IMG/VR virus record: IMGVR_UViG_3300020371_000002
Source of the DNA: a virus
Taxonomy: Duplodnaviria; Caudoviricetes
Reading direction: 5' to 3' (one strand)
Length of the DNA stretch: 64,000 bases
A model generated the notes under the pieces. That model saw only the letters and a program-made list of their open reading frames with translations. It was not told the DNA's origin and did not search any database. The position numbers and the translations under genes are program-made. Numbering within the stretch: the stretch's first letter is position 1; each line of letters opens with the position of its first letter. Shown in pieces: positions 8,939 to 18,420 of this stretch.

Positions 8939-10222
8939 TTATTTATGTTTCTTTGGATCGTTAGGCTTCAAAGGTAGGATTGTTGGTTTAATTCTTTTCT
9001 TTGGTTCTCCAAATTTTCTTACAGGTTGTCCAGCAGACATAGCTTGAGCATACTCTCTATAATCATCTGTCCCAACCTCATATGCCTCTGTAAGATCTCT
9101 CAACCATGACTTAAACATAGTCCCCTCGGGGGTCATACAGATAACATAATTAGTTCCACGTCTAGTGATTCTACCGACTTCTCCAGTATTCTGATTCTCT
9201 ACTAATGCACCTACTTTAAATACCGTGCCATTCATGTAGAATTCTCTTAAACCATCAGGATCAAGTTTAGGGGCATACTCCCATACAGACTCCTTAACAT
9301 CAGAAGTCGAGTCAATACCCATAGACTTACGGAGATTATTGAAGAGTTCTTTCTTCTCCATGTTTCCGATGTTCGGAATACCTTTTACAAATCCCTTAAA
9401 GTCTCCATCTGCAGCTGCCTTTCTCATCTTAGATGCAGACATACCCTCAAGTCCCTCAGCATCTGCGTCTCTAGCACCTGCAGAAACAACCTCAATCTCT
9501 TCAAATTCGTAGAGATCACCATTATACTTATGTGCAAGACTCTGGAATTCGCTGAGTCTATCTTGTCCCACCATGATATTGAGTTTGGTGAATCCCAATT
9601 CATTCGCAGCAACCATAACATCAAAGATGGTCTTTGCATTTGGATCATCCACAATGTCCTCTGCAACATCATCGAACATCTTTCTCATGTATTCGATCTT
9701 TGTTCCAGGTTCCAGTGGATTCTTTTTCTTATCTTGTGTTCTACTTGGATATATCTTTAGTGCAAAGTTCTTTCTAGATGCTTCTGACTTTGCTCTCTGT
9801 AATAGTTTTTGATGTCCTGTTGTTGGGGGATTGAATCTACCGAATACTACAACAACCCCATCGTACTGACTAGGATCAGTATCAGGTACTTCTACATCAC
9901 TCTGCGACGTATCACCCTTCTTGGATACATCCTCTTCGCCCGATGACTTTGCAGCAGGAGTCGCATCAGGAGCAGGTTGAGCTGCTGCCTTCTTAGCAGT
10001 AGGTTCCGCAGGTTTTTGTGACTTTCCCTGACTTGGGGCATCATCGACTTTAGAGTTTTTCCCACCAGAAAACTTGAGTTTTCCATCAACGGTCTTCGCA
10101 ACAAACTTGCCCTGGCGGTCGTACCAACCACCATGACCGTCACCTACCAGTCCTCGTTGTTGTGCTTGAGTAGCAGCAGAGGTCTTGGCAGCCTCGCTAA
10201 GAAACTGTACAAAACTTTTCAT
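8939..10222 (-). CDS. HIGH-superfamily nucleotidyltransferase (phage cytidyltransferase-like) with internal-protein-like N-terminus
   Basis: VVVVFGRFNPPTTGHQKLL (HxGH variant), MVGQDR, MSASKMR; N-terminus MKSFVQFLSE; TAAATA at 10253-10258. Confidence 0.85.
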   Translation of the reverse strand: MKSFVQFLSEAAKTSAATQAQQRGLVGDGHGGWYDRQGKFVAKTVDGKLKFSGGKNSKVDDAPSQGKSQKPAEPTAKKAAAQPAPDATPAAKSSGEEDVSKKGDTSQSDVEVPDTDPSQYDGVVVVFGRFNPPTTGHQKLLQRAKSEASRKNFALKIYPSRTQDKKKNPLEPGTKIEYMRKMFDDVAEDIVDDPNAKTIFDVMVAANELGFTKLNIMVGQDRLSEFQSLAHKYNGDLYEFEEIEVVSAGARDADAEGLEGMSASKMRKAAADGDFKGFVKGIPNIGNMEKKELFNNLRKSMGIDSTSDVKESVWEYAPKLDPDGLREFYMNGTVFKVGALVENQNTGEVGRITRRGTNYVICMTPEGTMFKSWLRDLTEAYEVGTDDYREYAQAMSAGQPVRKFGEPKKRIKPTILPLKPNDPKKHK

Positions 10223-10255
10223 TGTCGGGTTACGAAGTCCTGACCATAATTTTAT

Positions 10256-11344
10256 TTATGCTTTTGTTTTAGGAAGGTATGCGGCATCACCTGCTTCAAC
10301 ATAGAATTTGAGTTCCTTGATAGCAAAATCACCATTTACTGTTCCAGACCTATTTTTAAACCTCAATTGGAATAATGTTTTATTTTGAGGCATAACTTTG
10401 AATAACAAATTATTTCCAGATTCATTTTCATTAACCAAAAATGATTGAGTCTCCTGTTCCAGTTGATTAATGTGTTCAACTGTCATCTCTTTGATCTTTG
10501 TCTTATCAATATCTACAACATCTGCAAGATCCTCACCAAAAGCAACGTCCCTAAAAAGTTGAAAAGCTTGTCCCTTGAATGTGGGTTGTCCCTGTCTAGC
10601 TTTTAGTTTAGTTAATACTTCCTTATAGAGTTTCTTAATCAAATCAACTTTCATCTTTTTCTCTGCAGGAGTTTTTGCTTTTGCAAGAGTTCCACCAAGA
10701 GTTGCTGCATACATCTCACGATCATCTACCTTAGCACCAAACCTCTGAAGAATGTCCATCATCCCATTATAAGGACTCAAGTTAGCAAGTGTTTTACTAC
10801 CAGACTTGAGAGAGAAGTTCAAAGCTCTATCAAGAACAATGTCATCATTCATTCTAACTTCTACTTCCAAGTCACCCTTCACCAATCCTCCAGAAGACTC
10901 ACCAGCAATACCATCAGCAATGATTTTAACTACAACATTATCTGATTGATTATTCTTCAGATATTGATTTTTGGTCATCTGAATCAATCTTCTGTAGTTG
11001 GTCTGAGTATACTTGATTAAATTATCAATCTTCTCACTGATCTTTCCTACATCCTGACTGTTCTTATACAGGGGTTCGTAGTTTTCCCCAAATGCCATGT
11101 TGGTAGAAGAATGTTTTAGTCTCATCTCCAACTCAACTTGGATATCATCTACTGGATTACCCGCCTTAAATTTCTTTACTACTGTCCTAAATCTTCCCTT
11201 GTGGAATAAATCTGGATCAACTTTCCTACGAAGGGTATTGACGTTAGTTTTATTAATGGTTTCGGTAGGCGATGCAAACATCTCTGCCAAGGCAATGGCA
11301 AAGATTCCTTCCATTACATCTCCTTCATTTAACTTACCAGCCAT
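10256..11344 (-). CDS. hypothetical protein, putative PD-(D/E)xK nuclease fold
   Basis: NEGDVMEG helix, KGDLEVEV and NFSLKSG motifs; the ORF is certain, the fold is inferred. Confidence 0.6.
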   Translation of the reverse strand: MAGKLNEGDVMEGIFAIALAEMFASPTETINKTNVNTLRRKVDPDLFHKGRFRTVVKKFKAGNPVDDIQVELEMRLKHSSTNMAFGENYEPLYKNSQDVGKISEKIDNLIKYTQTNYRRLIQMTKNQYLKNNQSDNVVVKIIADGIAGESSGGLVKGDLEVEVRMNDDIVLDRALNFSLKSGSKTLANLSPYNGMMDILQRFGAKVDDREMYAATLGGTLAKAKTPAEKKMKVDLIKKLYKEVLTKLKARQGQPTFKGQAFQLFRDVAFGEDLADVVDIDKTKIKEMTVEHINQLEQETQSFLVNENESGNNLLFKVMPQNKTLFQLRFKNRSGTVNGDFAIKELKFYVEAGDAAYLPKTKA

Positions 11345-11371
11345 AAAAAACCCCCTTACGGGGGCTATTTA
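11345..11371 (-). promoter_or_regulatory. late promoter TAAATA followed by a GNRA hairpin and U tract directly before an ATG
   Basis: Minus strand: gaTAAATAg-CCCCC-GTAA-GGGGG-TTTTTT-ATG. Confidence 0.75.
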
Positions 11372-11595
11372 TCTTCCTCTTCTTCGTCTTTGTTTTTGTT
11401 GAATCCGAAGGGAGCAGTCTGTTCTTCGGCTTCGGCGCGGAGTTTATGTGCAAGTGTACATACAGACTCCATGACTTTCAAACTATCTTCAACTGTGCAG
11501 TTTTCTGGCATACTGCGATGAACAATATCAAACAGTGGGAAGAACTTATCTGCAGCTTCTTTTACTTCCTCTGGTGTTAGTGGTTTACTGTGCAT
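11365..11595 (-). CDS. conserved cyanophage-type hypothetical protein
   Basis: 76 aa, LTPEEVKEAADKFFPLFDIV...APFGFNK; overlaps neighbouring genes. Confidence 0.75.
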   Translation of the reverse strand: MHSKPLTPEEVKEAADKFFPLFDIVHRSMPENCTVEDSLKVMESVCTLAHKLRAEAEEQTAPFGFNKNKDEEEEDK

Positions 11596-11794
11596 TTACT
11601 TCTCCGAGTGGTACAATAACATCTTCCTTTTCGGACAGTGCTTCTTCTGTCAGACCATCATCAATAATGTTAATGGCTTCTCTAATTCGATCAACACGGG
11701 CAGGAGCATGTTCAAAACTGTAGAGTTTTTGTTCTGCAAGGAGGAGTTGCATAACTGCCGCGGCCTGTTCAACAGTAAGTTCGATTTTAATCAT
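11585..11794 (-). CDS. small hypothetical protein
   Basis: 69 aa; ATGA overlap with the mazG stop. Confidence 0.7.
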   Translation of the reverse strand: MIKIELTVEQAAAVMQLLLAEQKLYSFEHAPARVDRIREAINIIDDGLTEEALSEKEDVIVPLGEVNAQ

Positions 11795-12195
11795 AGATCA
11801 CCTTCCTGACGATTTTCGGAATAGTAGATATCAAAACTACCATCTGGGTAACGACTCTCAAGTTTTTTCACATTGCGAGCAATCACATCTTCAAACTTAA
11901 CTTCCAATGCCATACATGCTTGAGCAACATACCACATCAGATCACCAAGTTCAATCATGAGGTGTTCTTTATTGTGAGCATCCCAAGGTTTGCCTTGGAA
12001 AATCATCTTCTTAACAATCTCCAAAAACTCACCACCTTCTGCATTGATACCAACACCAGCAGTGAGAAGACGTTCAATGTTTGCACCTTTCTCATCCAGT
12101 TCAACCAGACGGTCTGCAAGGGCAACGAAATCAGTGGACGCATCTGACGTTACGGCATTGACAAACTTTTCGTAACGTTCGAAATCGATTTGCAT
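11791..12195 (-). CDS. mazG: MazG-like nucleoside triphosphate pyrophosphohydrolase
   Basis: GINAEGGEFLEIVKK and ELGDLMWYVAQAC motifs. Confidence 0.93.
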   Translation of the reverse strand: MQIDFERYEKFVNAVTSDASTDFVALADRLVELDEKGANIERLLTAGVGINAEGGEFLEIVKKMIFQGKPWDAHNKEHLMIELGDLMWYVAQACMALEVKFEDVIARNVKKLESRYPDGSFDIYYSENRQEGDL

Positions 12196-12220
12196 ATCAA
12201 AAATATCTTATGTTGTAATT

Positions 12221-12832
12221 TTACCTGTGTGGACGTGTTTCGTCAAGCGCCGTAAAGAATTGGAACCATCCAGTTATGATAACTCTATGTTCACCCTTAC
12301 GGGCATCGATAGGTTCACTCTTATGTTTATGAGTAAACCCTGCGGGGAAGAAAATTGTCTTACCCTTCTGTGGTTTTACCTTATAGTTTTGATGAACGAA
12401 GGTAGTTTCTCCACCTTCTTCGTGATCAGTGAGGTATGTAATAAACGCGATTTGCCTATGATCATGTTCCATACCATTGTCAAAGTGTTCCGCAAAGTAT
12501 GCTCCACCAGGAGGATACCACTGAATCTTAGGAGCTCCTGTAGGACACATGGGCAAATCACTCATGTACTTATGAGAATACTTTTGAATGGAATCCATTA
12601 GATGACCCTTATAGTCATCCAATCCATAGCTAATAAACTGATCACCACAAACTTGAGGAGGAACCTGAGAGATATTAACCTCATAACAGTTCTTCAGAGC
12701 TGTATCAACTTGTCCATCAACACCAATTTTTCCTGGCTGAAGAAGACCAGCTCCGTTGCAGTTATTGGCAAGTTCAGATAAACAATCGATTGTATTATCA
12801 TCAACCCAATACTGTTCAATAAAATTATTCAT
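12221..12832 (-). CDS. 2OG-Fe(II) oxygenase (prolyl-4-hydroxylase-like)
   Basis: FAEHFD (HxD), YLTD...GGET.F, FPAGFTHKH, terminal RVIITGW. Confidence 0.88.
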   Translation of the reverse strand: MNNFIEQYWVDDNTIDCLSELANNCNGAGLLQPGKIGVDGQVDTALKNCYEVNISQVPPQVCGDQFISYGLDDYKGHLMDSIQKYSHKYMSDLPMCPTGAPKIQWYPPGGAYFAEHFDNGMEHDHRQIAFITYLTDHEEGGETTFVHQNYKVKPQKGKTIFFPAGFTHKHKSEPIDARKGEHRVIITGWFQFFTALDETRPHR

Positions 12833-14211
12833 TAGAAATTTAACTTAGAGAACTTATTTTTAGACTGTGGTTTTTCTTCAGGATCATATTCTTCATCCTG
12901 TCCACTATCTAGGAGATCACCACCTTTGGATTGTTCGCAATCATAGAGACGCATCTTGGCACGATCAATACCTACAACAAATCTCTTATTCATGTTGAGA
13001 TCATTGTATCTATTCTTCAACTGCTTCACCATAATCTGTCCTAGGTCTTCCAACTCTTCTGTAGAAATAAGGGCAAACATAAGATCAGCAGTAGCAGGGA
13101 GACCAAAGGACTCAGAAGTGTCAGTAAGGTCAACATCGGAGTTACTATAACCAGAGCGAGTGGTCTGCGTGGCAGAAACGATAGGGACGTTTGCTTCGCA
13201 AGCCAGTCCTCGAAGTTCTTCTGCAATAGCCTTAATATACGAATATGAATTGACATTGCTATTACCGCGATATCGTGAGGAAGCACATATATTAAGGTAA
13301 TCAATGAAAATAATATCAGGTCTAAATGATTTCTTAAGTGCAAGCTCGTTAAGAAGTGCCCTAAAGTGTCCACTGTGTGCAGAGGCGGTTGGATACTCTT
13401 TAATTATAAGAGAACCCTGAGTCTTTGCAGCAAGTTTAGTGACTTTTGTCTCGAACATCTGACGTGGCAAATCAGTCAGTTGTTGGATATTTACATTCAG
13501 AAGGTTCGCATCAATACGTTCAGCAATTTTCTCCTCTGCCATCTCCATTGTAATGTAAAGCACGTTACGTCCGTTAAGCAAAACGGAGCTAGCCATATGA
13601 CACATGAAAAGAGACTTACCAACACCTGTCCCAGCAAGAGCGATGTTAAGAGTCTTGTTAGGAAGACCACCTTTCGTAATTTTGTTGAAATACTCAAGAT
13701 CAAACGGGATCTTGTCTTCTTTTTGGTGGTAGAAATCAAATCGTTCACTGTAATCTTCTAAGTAATCATGACCAACATGGTTATCAAAAGAAACAGCAAG
13801 TGCGTCTGAAAGAATAGTTGGAATTGCATCTACATTCTTCTTGTCATCATTACCATCCGCAATAGAAATACTCTCAACAAGTGCCAAATAGATTGCACGA
13901 TCTCGGCACCACTTCTCTGTTTGTCTTAATAACCAATCATTGTTGGATTGTTCGTCATCGAACTTGTCGATGTAATGACAAATATCTTTGTAAGTGTCAT
14001 CATTAATATCTTTTCTTTTTTCACATTCAATGTGAAGAACTTCTTTGGTTGCAAGTTTATTGTAGTCAGTAATAAACTTAGCAATCTCTTGGAAGATAAT
14101 CTTCTCGCCAGTATTATCAAAGTAATCCGTCTTAACGAAAGGAAGAACCTTACGAGCATAATCTTCATTGAGTAGAAGATTCTTCAGGATAGTATTTTCA
14201 ATGGTCTCCAT
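12832..14211 (-). CDS. gp41: replicative DNA helicase (T4 gp41-like)
   Basis: Walker A LAGTGVGKS, IFIDYLNI, SATQTTRSG, SESFGLPATAD; start reassigned to METIENTIL (TGATG overlap). Confidence 0.96.
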   Translation of the reverse strand: METIENTILKNLLLNEDYARKVLPFVKTDYFDNTGEKIIFQEIAKFITDYNKLATKEVLHIECEKRKDINDDTYKDICHYIDKFDDEQSNNDWLLRQTEKWCRDRAIYLALVESISIADGNDDKKNVDAIPTILSDALAVSFDNHVGHDYLEDYSERFDFYHQKEDKIPFDLEYFNKITKGGLPNKTLNIALAGTGVGKSLFMCHMASSVLLNGRNVLYITMEMAEEKIAERIDANLLNVNIQQLTDLPRQMFETKVTKLAAKTQGSLIIKEYPTASAHSGHFRALLNELALKKSFRPDIIFIDYLNICASSRYRGNSNVNSYSYIKAIAEELRGLACEANVPIVSATQTTRSGYSNSDVDLTDTSESFGLPATADLMFALISTEELEDLGQIMVKQLKNRYNDLNMNKRFVVGIDRAKMRLYDCEQSKGGDLLDSGQDEEYDPEEKPQSKNKFSKLNF

Positions 14212-14756
14212 CAATTGTAATGCAAGTAGGTGCTCATAATATATTTCGGTTTCTCTGTCACAGGAAGACCGATGTGTGGATACTGCCAAGTAGGCGGGAA
14301 CACTAAGACTTTACCAGGTTCCGCTTTAATATGCAAGTCATGGCATGGGAAACATGTCTCGCCGCCATCAAATCCAGAGTTTAGATATACCAAGAAGGCA
14401 AGGTATCTCTTGGAAGAAGCATGATCCTGAACATCTACATGAACATCAAACATGTCGGTAGTGTCAGGTCTATACTTTTTAATTCTAAGTTGTTCAAAGT
14501 AAACCTTGTGAGGCCACCAGGCGGTGTACTCTTCAAGGCCTTCTTTGTATAGTCTCATCAGATCAACTATTTTATAAGTTACTAACTGAGTAAACTTAGA
14601 ATACTCTTTGTGATCGTTTAAATTTACCTGAGTAAAGTTAGGTCGCCCATCATTCTCGATCTTTTCTTGATATACAGAATCTTCAAATATATCGATCAGA
14701 GATTGACAGGTTACGGCATCAAAGACTCCTTCAAAAGTCTTGATGAACTTATCCAT
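14211..14756 (-). CDS. 2OG-Fe(II) oxygenase
   Basis: FDVHVD, FLVYLN...GGETCF, FPPTWQYPHIG, KYIMSTY; start reassigned to MDKFIK. Confidence 0.88.
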   Translation of the reverse strand: MDKFIKTFEGVFDAVTCQSLIDIFEDSVYQEKIENDGRPNFTQVNLNDHKEYSKFTQLVTYKIVDLMRLYKEGLEEYTAWWPHKVYFEQLRIKKYRPDTTDMFDVHVDVQDHASSKRYLAFLVYLNSGFDGGETCFPCHDLHIKAEPGKVLVFPPTWQYPHIGLPVTEKPKYIMSTYLHYN

Positions 14757-15750
14757 AGGTAAACTGTTCTTTTGCGATCTCGTCGAGTTTGGCCATAACT
14801 TCTTCAGTGAAGTAAGTCTCTGGTTCAGCCAAGATTTGTTTCGCGTAGATTTTCTTCCCATTCATTTCATAGCGTCCAGCAACGTTCTTCCAGAGACCAC
14901 CGAGTTCACCGAGTTCAAGAAGACCATAATATCGATCAAGACCACGCTCATCGTAATAAAGACGAATTTCCACATCTTTATTCTCCTTGGTTAGACGCGA
15001 CTTAGCAGCCTTTGCTTTGATAATATTTCCGATGACATCCTTGCCATCCTTTTCTTTTTTCTTTGAGAGATAAACAATTGTAGAAGCTGCGTACTTGAGT
15101 CCGCTACCTCCTCCCATCTCTTTAGTTGGTACATAAGCTCCGACAACATCGTAAGTGTGATTAGTTACTAACATGGGGATTTTAGCTTGCCCCAGTTTCA
15201 GAGTCAACATTCTGAAAGTACCCTTAACGAGTTGTGCCTTCGTCATGTCTCGGACATTCTTTTCGTTAAGAGCGTCCGTAATTTCTTTTTCTGTAGACAA
15301 CATTCCAAGGGAGTCTAACACAAACATACAAGGTCTGCGTTCTTCCTCAGACTTCTTAAGGTATATATCAACAGCCTTAAGTGCCTTTTGTCTAAAGTCT
15401 TCAACTGTTACAACATTTACAACAACAAACCTATCAAGAGGAATGTTTCTATCTTCTAATAACTGACGGTTAATTGCGGCTTCTGTATCAAAATACAGAA
15501 CATACCCGTCTGGATTAGATTGAAGAAAATTATTGACGACAGACAAAGAGAAGAAGGTTTTACCCGTAGAAGATTCGCCAGCGATAGCAGTGATCCGTCT
15601 ATCAGAAATCCCACCATGGAGAGACCCAGAACAAAGAGCATTAAAGATGAACGAACCAGTGTCAACGAATGCCTCACTTTCGTTAATATTTGAGGCGAGT
15701 TGGGTGTAGTCATCACCAATCTCCTTTACAATGTCTTTTAAGAAATCCAT
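14749..15750 (-). CDS. uvsX: RecA-like recombinase UvsX
   Basis: AGESSTGKT, YFDTEAA, FVLDSLGML, GGGSGLKYAAS. Confidence 0.96.
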   Translation of the reverse strand: MDFLKDIVKEIGDDYTQLASNINESEAFVDTGSFIFNALCSGSLHGGISDRRITAIAGESSTGKTFFSLSVVNNFLQSNPDGYVLYFDTEAAINRQLLEDRNIPLDRFVVVNVVTVEDFRQKALKAVDIYLKKSEEERRPCMFVLDSLGMLSTEKEITDALNEKNVRDMTKAQLVKGTFRMLTLKLGQAKIPMLVTNHTYDVVGAYVPTKEMGGGSGLKYAASTIVYLSKKKEKDGKDVIGNIIKAKAAKSRLTKENKDVEIRLYYDERGLDRYYGLLELGELGGLWKNVAGRYEMNGKKIYAKQILAEPETYFTEEVMAKLDEIAKEQFTYG

Positions 15751-15760
15751 AAGTTACTCA

Positions 15761-15925
15761 TCAAGTTCCAATTTTAATTTCGTATGATCTAACATAATTA
15801 TACCTACTTTCTTGTTCCTTTGCAAACCAGAGAGCAGCTTCTTGACTTTCCATCACCTTCATATTTTCCTCAGTCCATACGACACCATCGTCAGACCAAG
15901 CAACAATCCAATTGATACTATTCAT
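15761..15925 (-). CDS. 54-aa hypothetical protein (not in ORF track)
   Basis: Hand-translated MNSINWIVAWSDDGVVWTEENMKVMESQEAALWFAKEQESRYNYVRSYEIKIGT; ATG overlaps the gp43 TGA and the ORF fills the gp43-uvsX gap. Confidence 0.65.
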   Translation of the reverse strand: MNSINWIVAWSDDGVVWTEENMKVMESQEAALWFAKEQESRYNYVRSYEIKIGT

Positions 15926-18420
15926 AAGAAGAAACTTTCCAGAGTGTTTGTTCGTTCAACATTCCAGTCAATACAATCCATGATAACTTTGATTGGCTCG
16001 ATGAAAGATTTATTGAACTGCAACTCATAATCCACATACTTATGTAGATCCAACTCAGGAGGGAAATCCTGAATGAAAGATAGTACATTTTCTTGGATGG
16101 GATTAGGAATCTTCAGATAAACGAACTTGATTTTCTCGCCACTTTGAATGGGTTGATACTTTCGTTCAAGTCCTTTCTTCTTAGTCCAATGATTATACAG
16201 GATAACCCCTCTCACATGGATAGGGCAACCCTTCTCATACATTGTTGATGAAGATTTCCACTTGTTAATTTCAGAAACACTTCGAGGAAAAGCAATCTCT
16301 TCGGGAGGAAGATTCTTAAAATCAGTCCTACACTTTTCAATGAAAGACTGCATCTCTTCCTCAGTCGAACTCATCATTAATTTGAGTCCATCCTTAATCA
16401 TTTTTCTTACGGGAGCAGGTGTAGAGGTTTTGATTGCCTCAATACCCATGATCTTTAGTTTGGGTTCGTTATATCGAACACCTTCACTGTCCCACACGTT
16501 GAGAATATATCGTTTCTTCGCAGTCCAGATACCACGTTCCGCGATATTCTCACGTTTCATTTGCATTTTTTGGTCGTAGGCGTTAACGTAGTCGGCCAAT
16601 TCTTGGTAAGAACTTTCAATATACTTCTCAAGTTCCAACTCACAGACCTTATTAAGGAAGTTAACAACGCCCTCAGTAGTTTTCTCTCTCCCTTTGTATA
16701 CAGTGTCAACAAAAGGACCCATATTAAGATAGATACTATCAGTATCAGAAGCAATAACATAATCAATCTCCTCAGTTTTCAGCACCTTGTTAAGGTACTG
16801 GTTCATTTTATTTTCAATCCATCGGATAGATACTTGCCCTGAAAGAGTAATTGCCTCTGCATTGGCGAGTTTATAGTAACGAAAATACTGATTACCAATG
16901 GCACCATAAGCAGAGTTAAGAGCAATCTTCTTAGCCATTTGGACATTATTACATCTTGCAATTTCTTTCTCCAGTGCAATACTTGGGTTCTTTTCGTTCT
17001 CTTGTTTTGCCTTAAGCATCCTCTTCTTAAAGACAACACGTTCTTTGTACATCTTCTCCATCAACTCAGGCAAGAAACCTTTCACGTCCTTGCGGAACAT
17101 TGCACCATTGGCACACACCGCATAATCAGAATACATCTCAAAGGTAAGATCCTGATTAAGGAGTTTATCTACAGTAGCAGAAGGATGACGAGTCTCAACC
17201 AGAGTCTCTGGTGAGATATTGTACTGCATAATAAGGTGAGGATACAGAGAATTCAAGTCAAACGAAACCACCCAGTCATACTTACCAGGCTTAGGTTCCT
17301 TGACATATGCACCAGCATACTTCTCATCCTTCTGATTGCGTTCCTTTTGTGGAATAACAATGTTCTTTTTCTTCAAGTAATTATAAATGATTGCATCCCA
17401 GGTTCTAACCTGATAGGCAATATCACTAAAGTTCACCTTTGCGTCATAGGCACGAGTGAAACATAGATCAATGAGACGCAGTTTATCCTCAAGACGGTCA
17501 ACCAGTTCTACGTCAACGATGTTATAGTCTACAAACTTCTTCCAGTTGCCTGTGTAAAACTCACGGAAGGTATCAAACTCTGAGTGGTCGAGTTTATTTT
17601 GACCCAACTCCATAAAGGCAATATGATCCAATCGATAACTCTCTTGGTTTGGAGTTGCGGGTGACTTCTTATAAAGATCGAGATAATCAATCACAGAAAT
17701 CCCAGCAAGATCATATGCGATCTGCTTACGTCCCATGATCGTAAACTCATTTCTCCGAGTGATATTCCAAGGAGACATTCTCTTGGCAAACTTCTCACCC
17801 ATGATACGTTCCATACGGCCCATGAGGTACGGGATGTCGTACAACTCGCAGTTCCATCCAGTAACAACCTCAGGAGAATAGTTCTCCCACCATTGAACAA
17901 ACTTCTCGATCAGTTCAATCTCAGTATGGCAGTGAATGTATCGATAATTTTCTCGATCACTTTCGTAAGGACGGGTTCCCCAAGTAATAATTTCTTTGGT
18001 GGTATAGTCCTGAACTGTGATTAGAAGTAATTCTTCCGCACAATTAAAAACATCGGGGAAGCCACTTTCCGCAGAAACCTCGATGTCAATCGTGATTAAT
18101 TTAATTTTACTGATGTCAAACTTAATTTCATCCTCAGGATAATTATCTGAGATGAATTGGTGTGCATACCTTTCGTTGCCGTAGATACGAAATCCCTGAA
18201 CAGAACTATACTTGTCGATAAACTCACGACAGTCACGAATACTGCCTGGTTTGACGGGTTCTACAGGTTCACCCTCTAGAGTCTTATACTTCGACCTTTT
18301 CTTTGTTGGCACAAAGAGAGTTGGTTGATACTTTTGTCTATCACTAAAGTGTTTTCCGTTCTCATATCCTCGTACTAAAATGTCATTACCAATTAGGAAA
18401 ACGTTAGTGTAGAACCTCAT
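15922..18420 (-). CDS. gp43: family B DNA polymerase (T4 gp43-like)
   Basis: Exo I IDIE, SFDLNSLYP, KIALNSAYG, ASDTDSIY, KKRY; no intein. Confidence 0.98.
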   Translation of the reverse strand: MRFYTNVFLIGNDILVRGYENGKHFSDRQKYQPTLFVPTKKRSKYKTLEGEPVEPVKPGSIRDCREFIDKYSSVQGFRIYGNERYAHQFISDNYPEDEIKFDISKIKLITIDIEVSAESGFPDVFNCAEELLLITVQDYTTKEIITWGTRPYESDRENYRYIHCHTEIELIEKFVQWWENYSPEVVTGWNCELYDIPYLMGRMERIMGEKFAKRMSPWNITRRNEFTIMGRKQIAYDLAGISVIDYLDLYKKSPATPNQESYRLDHIAFMELGQNKLDHSEFDTFREFYTGNWKKFVDYNIVDVELVDRLEDKLRLIDLCFTRAYDAKVNFSDIAYQVRTWDAIIYNYLKKKNIVIPQKERNQKDEKYAGAYVKEPKPGKYDWVVSFDLNSLYPHLIMQYNISPETLVETRHPSATVDKLLNQDLTFEMYSDYAVCANGAMFRKDVKGFLPELMEKMYKERVVFKKRMLKAKQENEKNPSIALEKEIARCNNVQMAKKIALNSAYGAIGNQYFRYYKLANAEAITLSGQVSIRWIENKMNQYLNKVLKTEEIDYVIASDTDSIYLNMGPFVDTVYKGREKTTEGVVNFLNKVCELELEKYIESSYQELADYVNAYDQKMQMKRENIAERGIWTAKKRYILNVWDSEGVRYNEPKLKIMGIEAIKTSTPAPVRKMIKDGLKLMMSSTEEEMQSFIEKCRTDFKNLPPEEIAFPRSVSEINKWKSSSTMYEKGCPIHVRGVILYNHWTKKKGLERKYQPIQSGEKIKFVYLKIPNPIQENVLSFIQDFPPELDLHKYVDYELQFNKSFIEPIKVIMDCIDWNVERTNTLESFFL

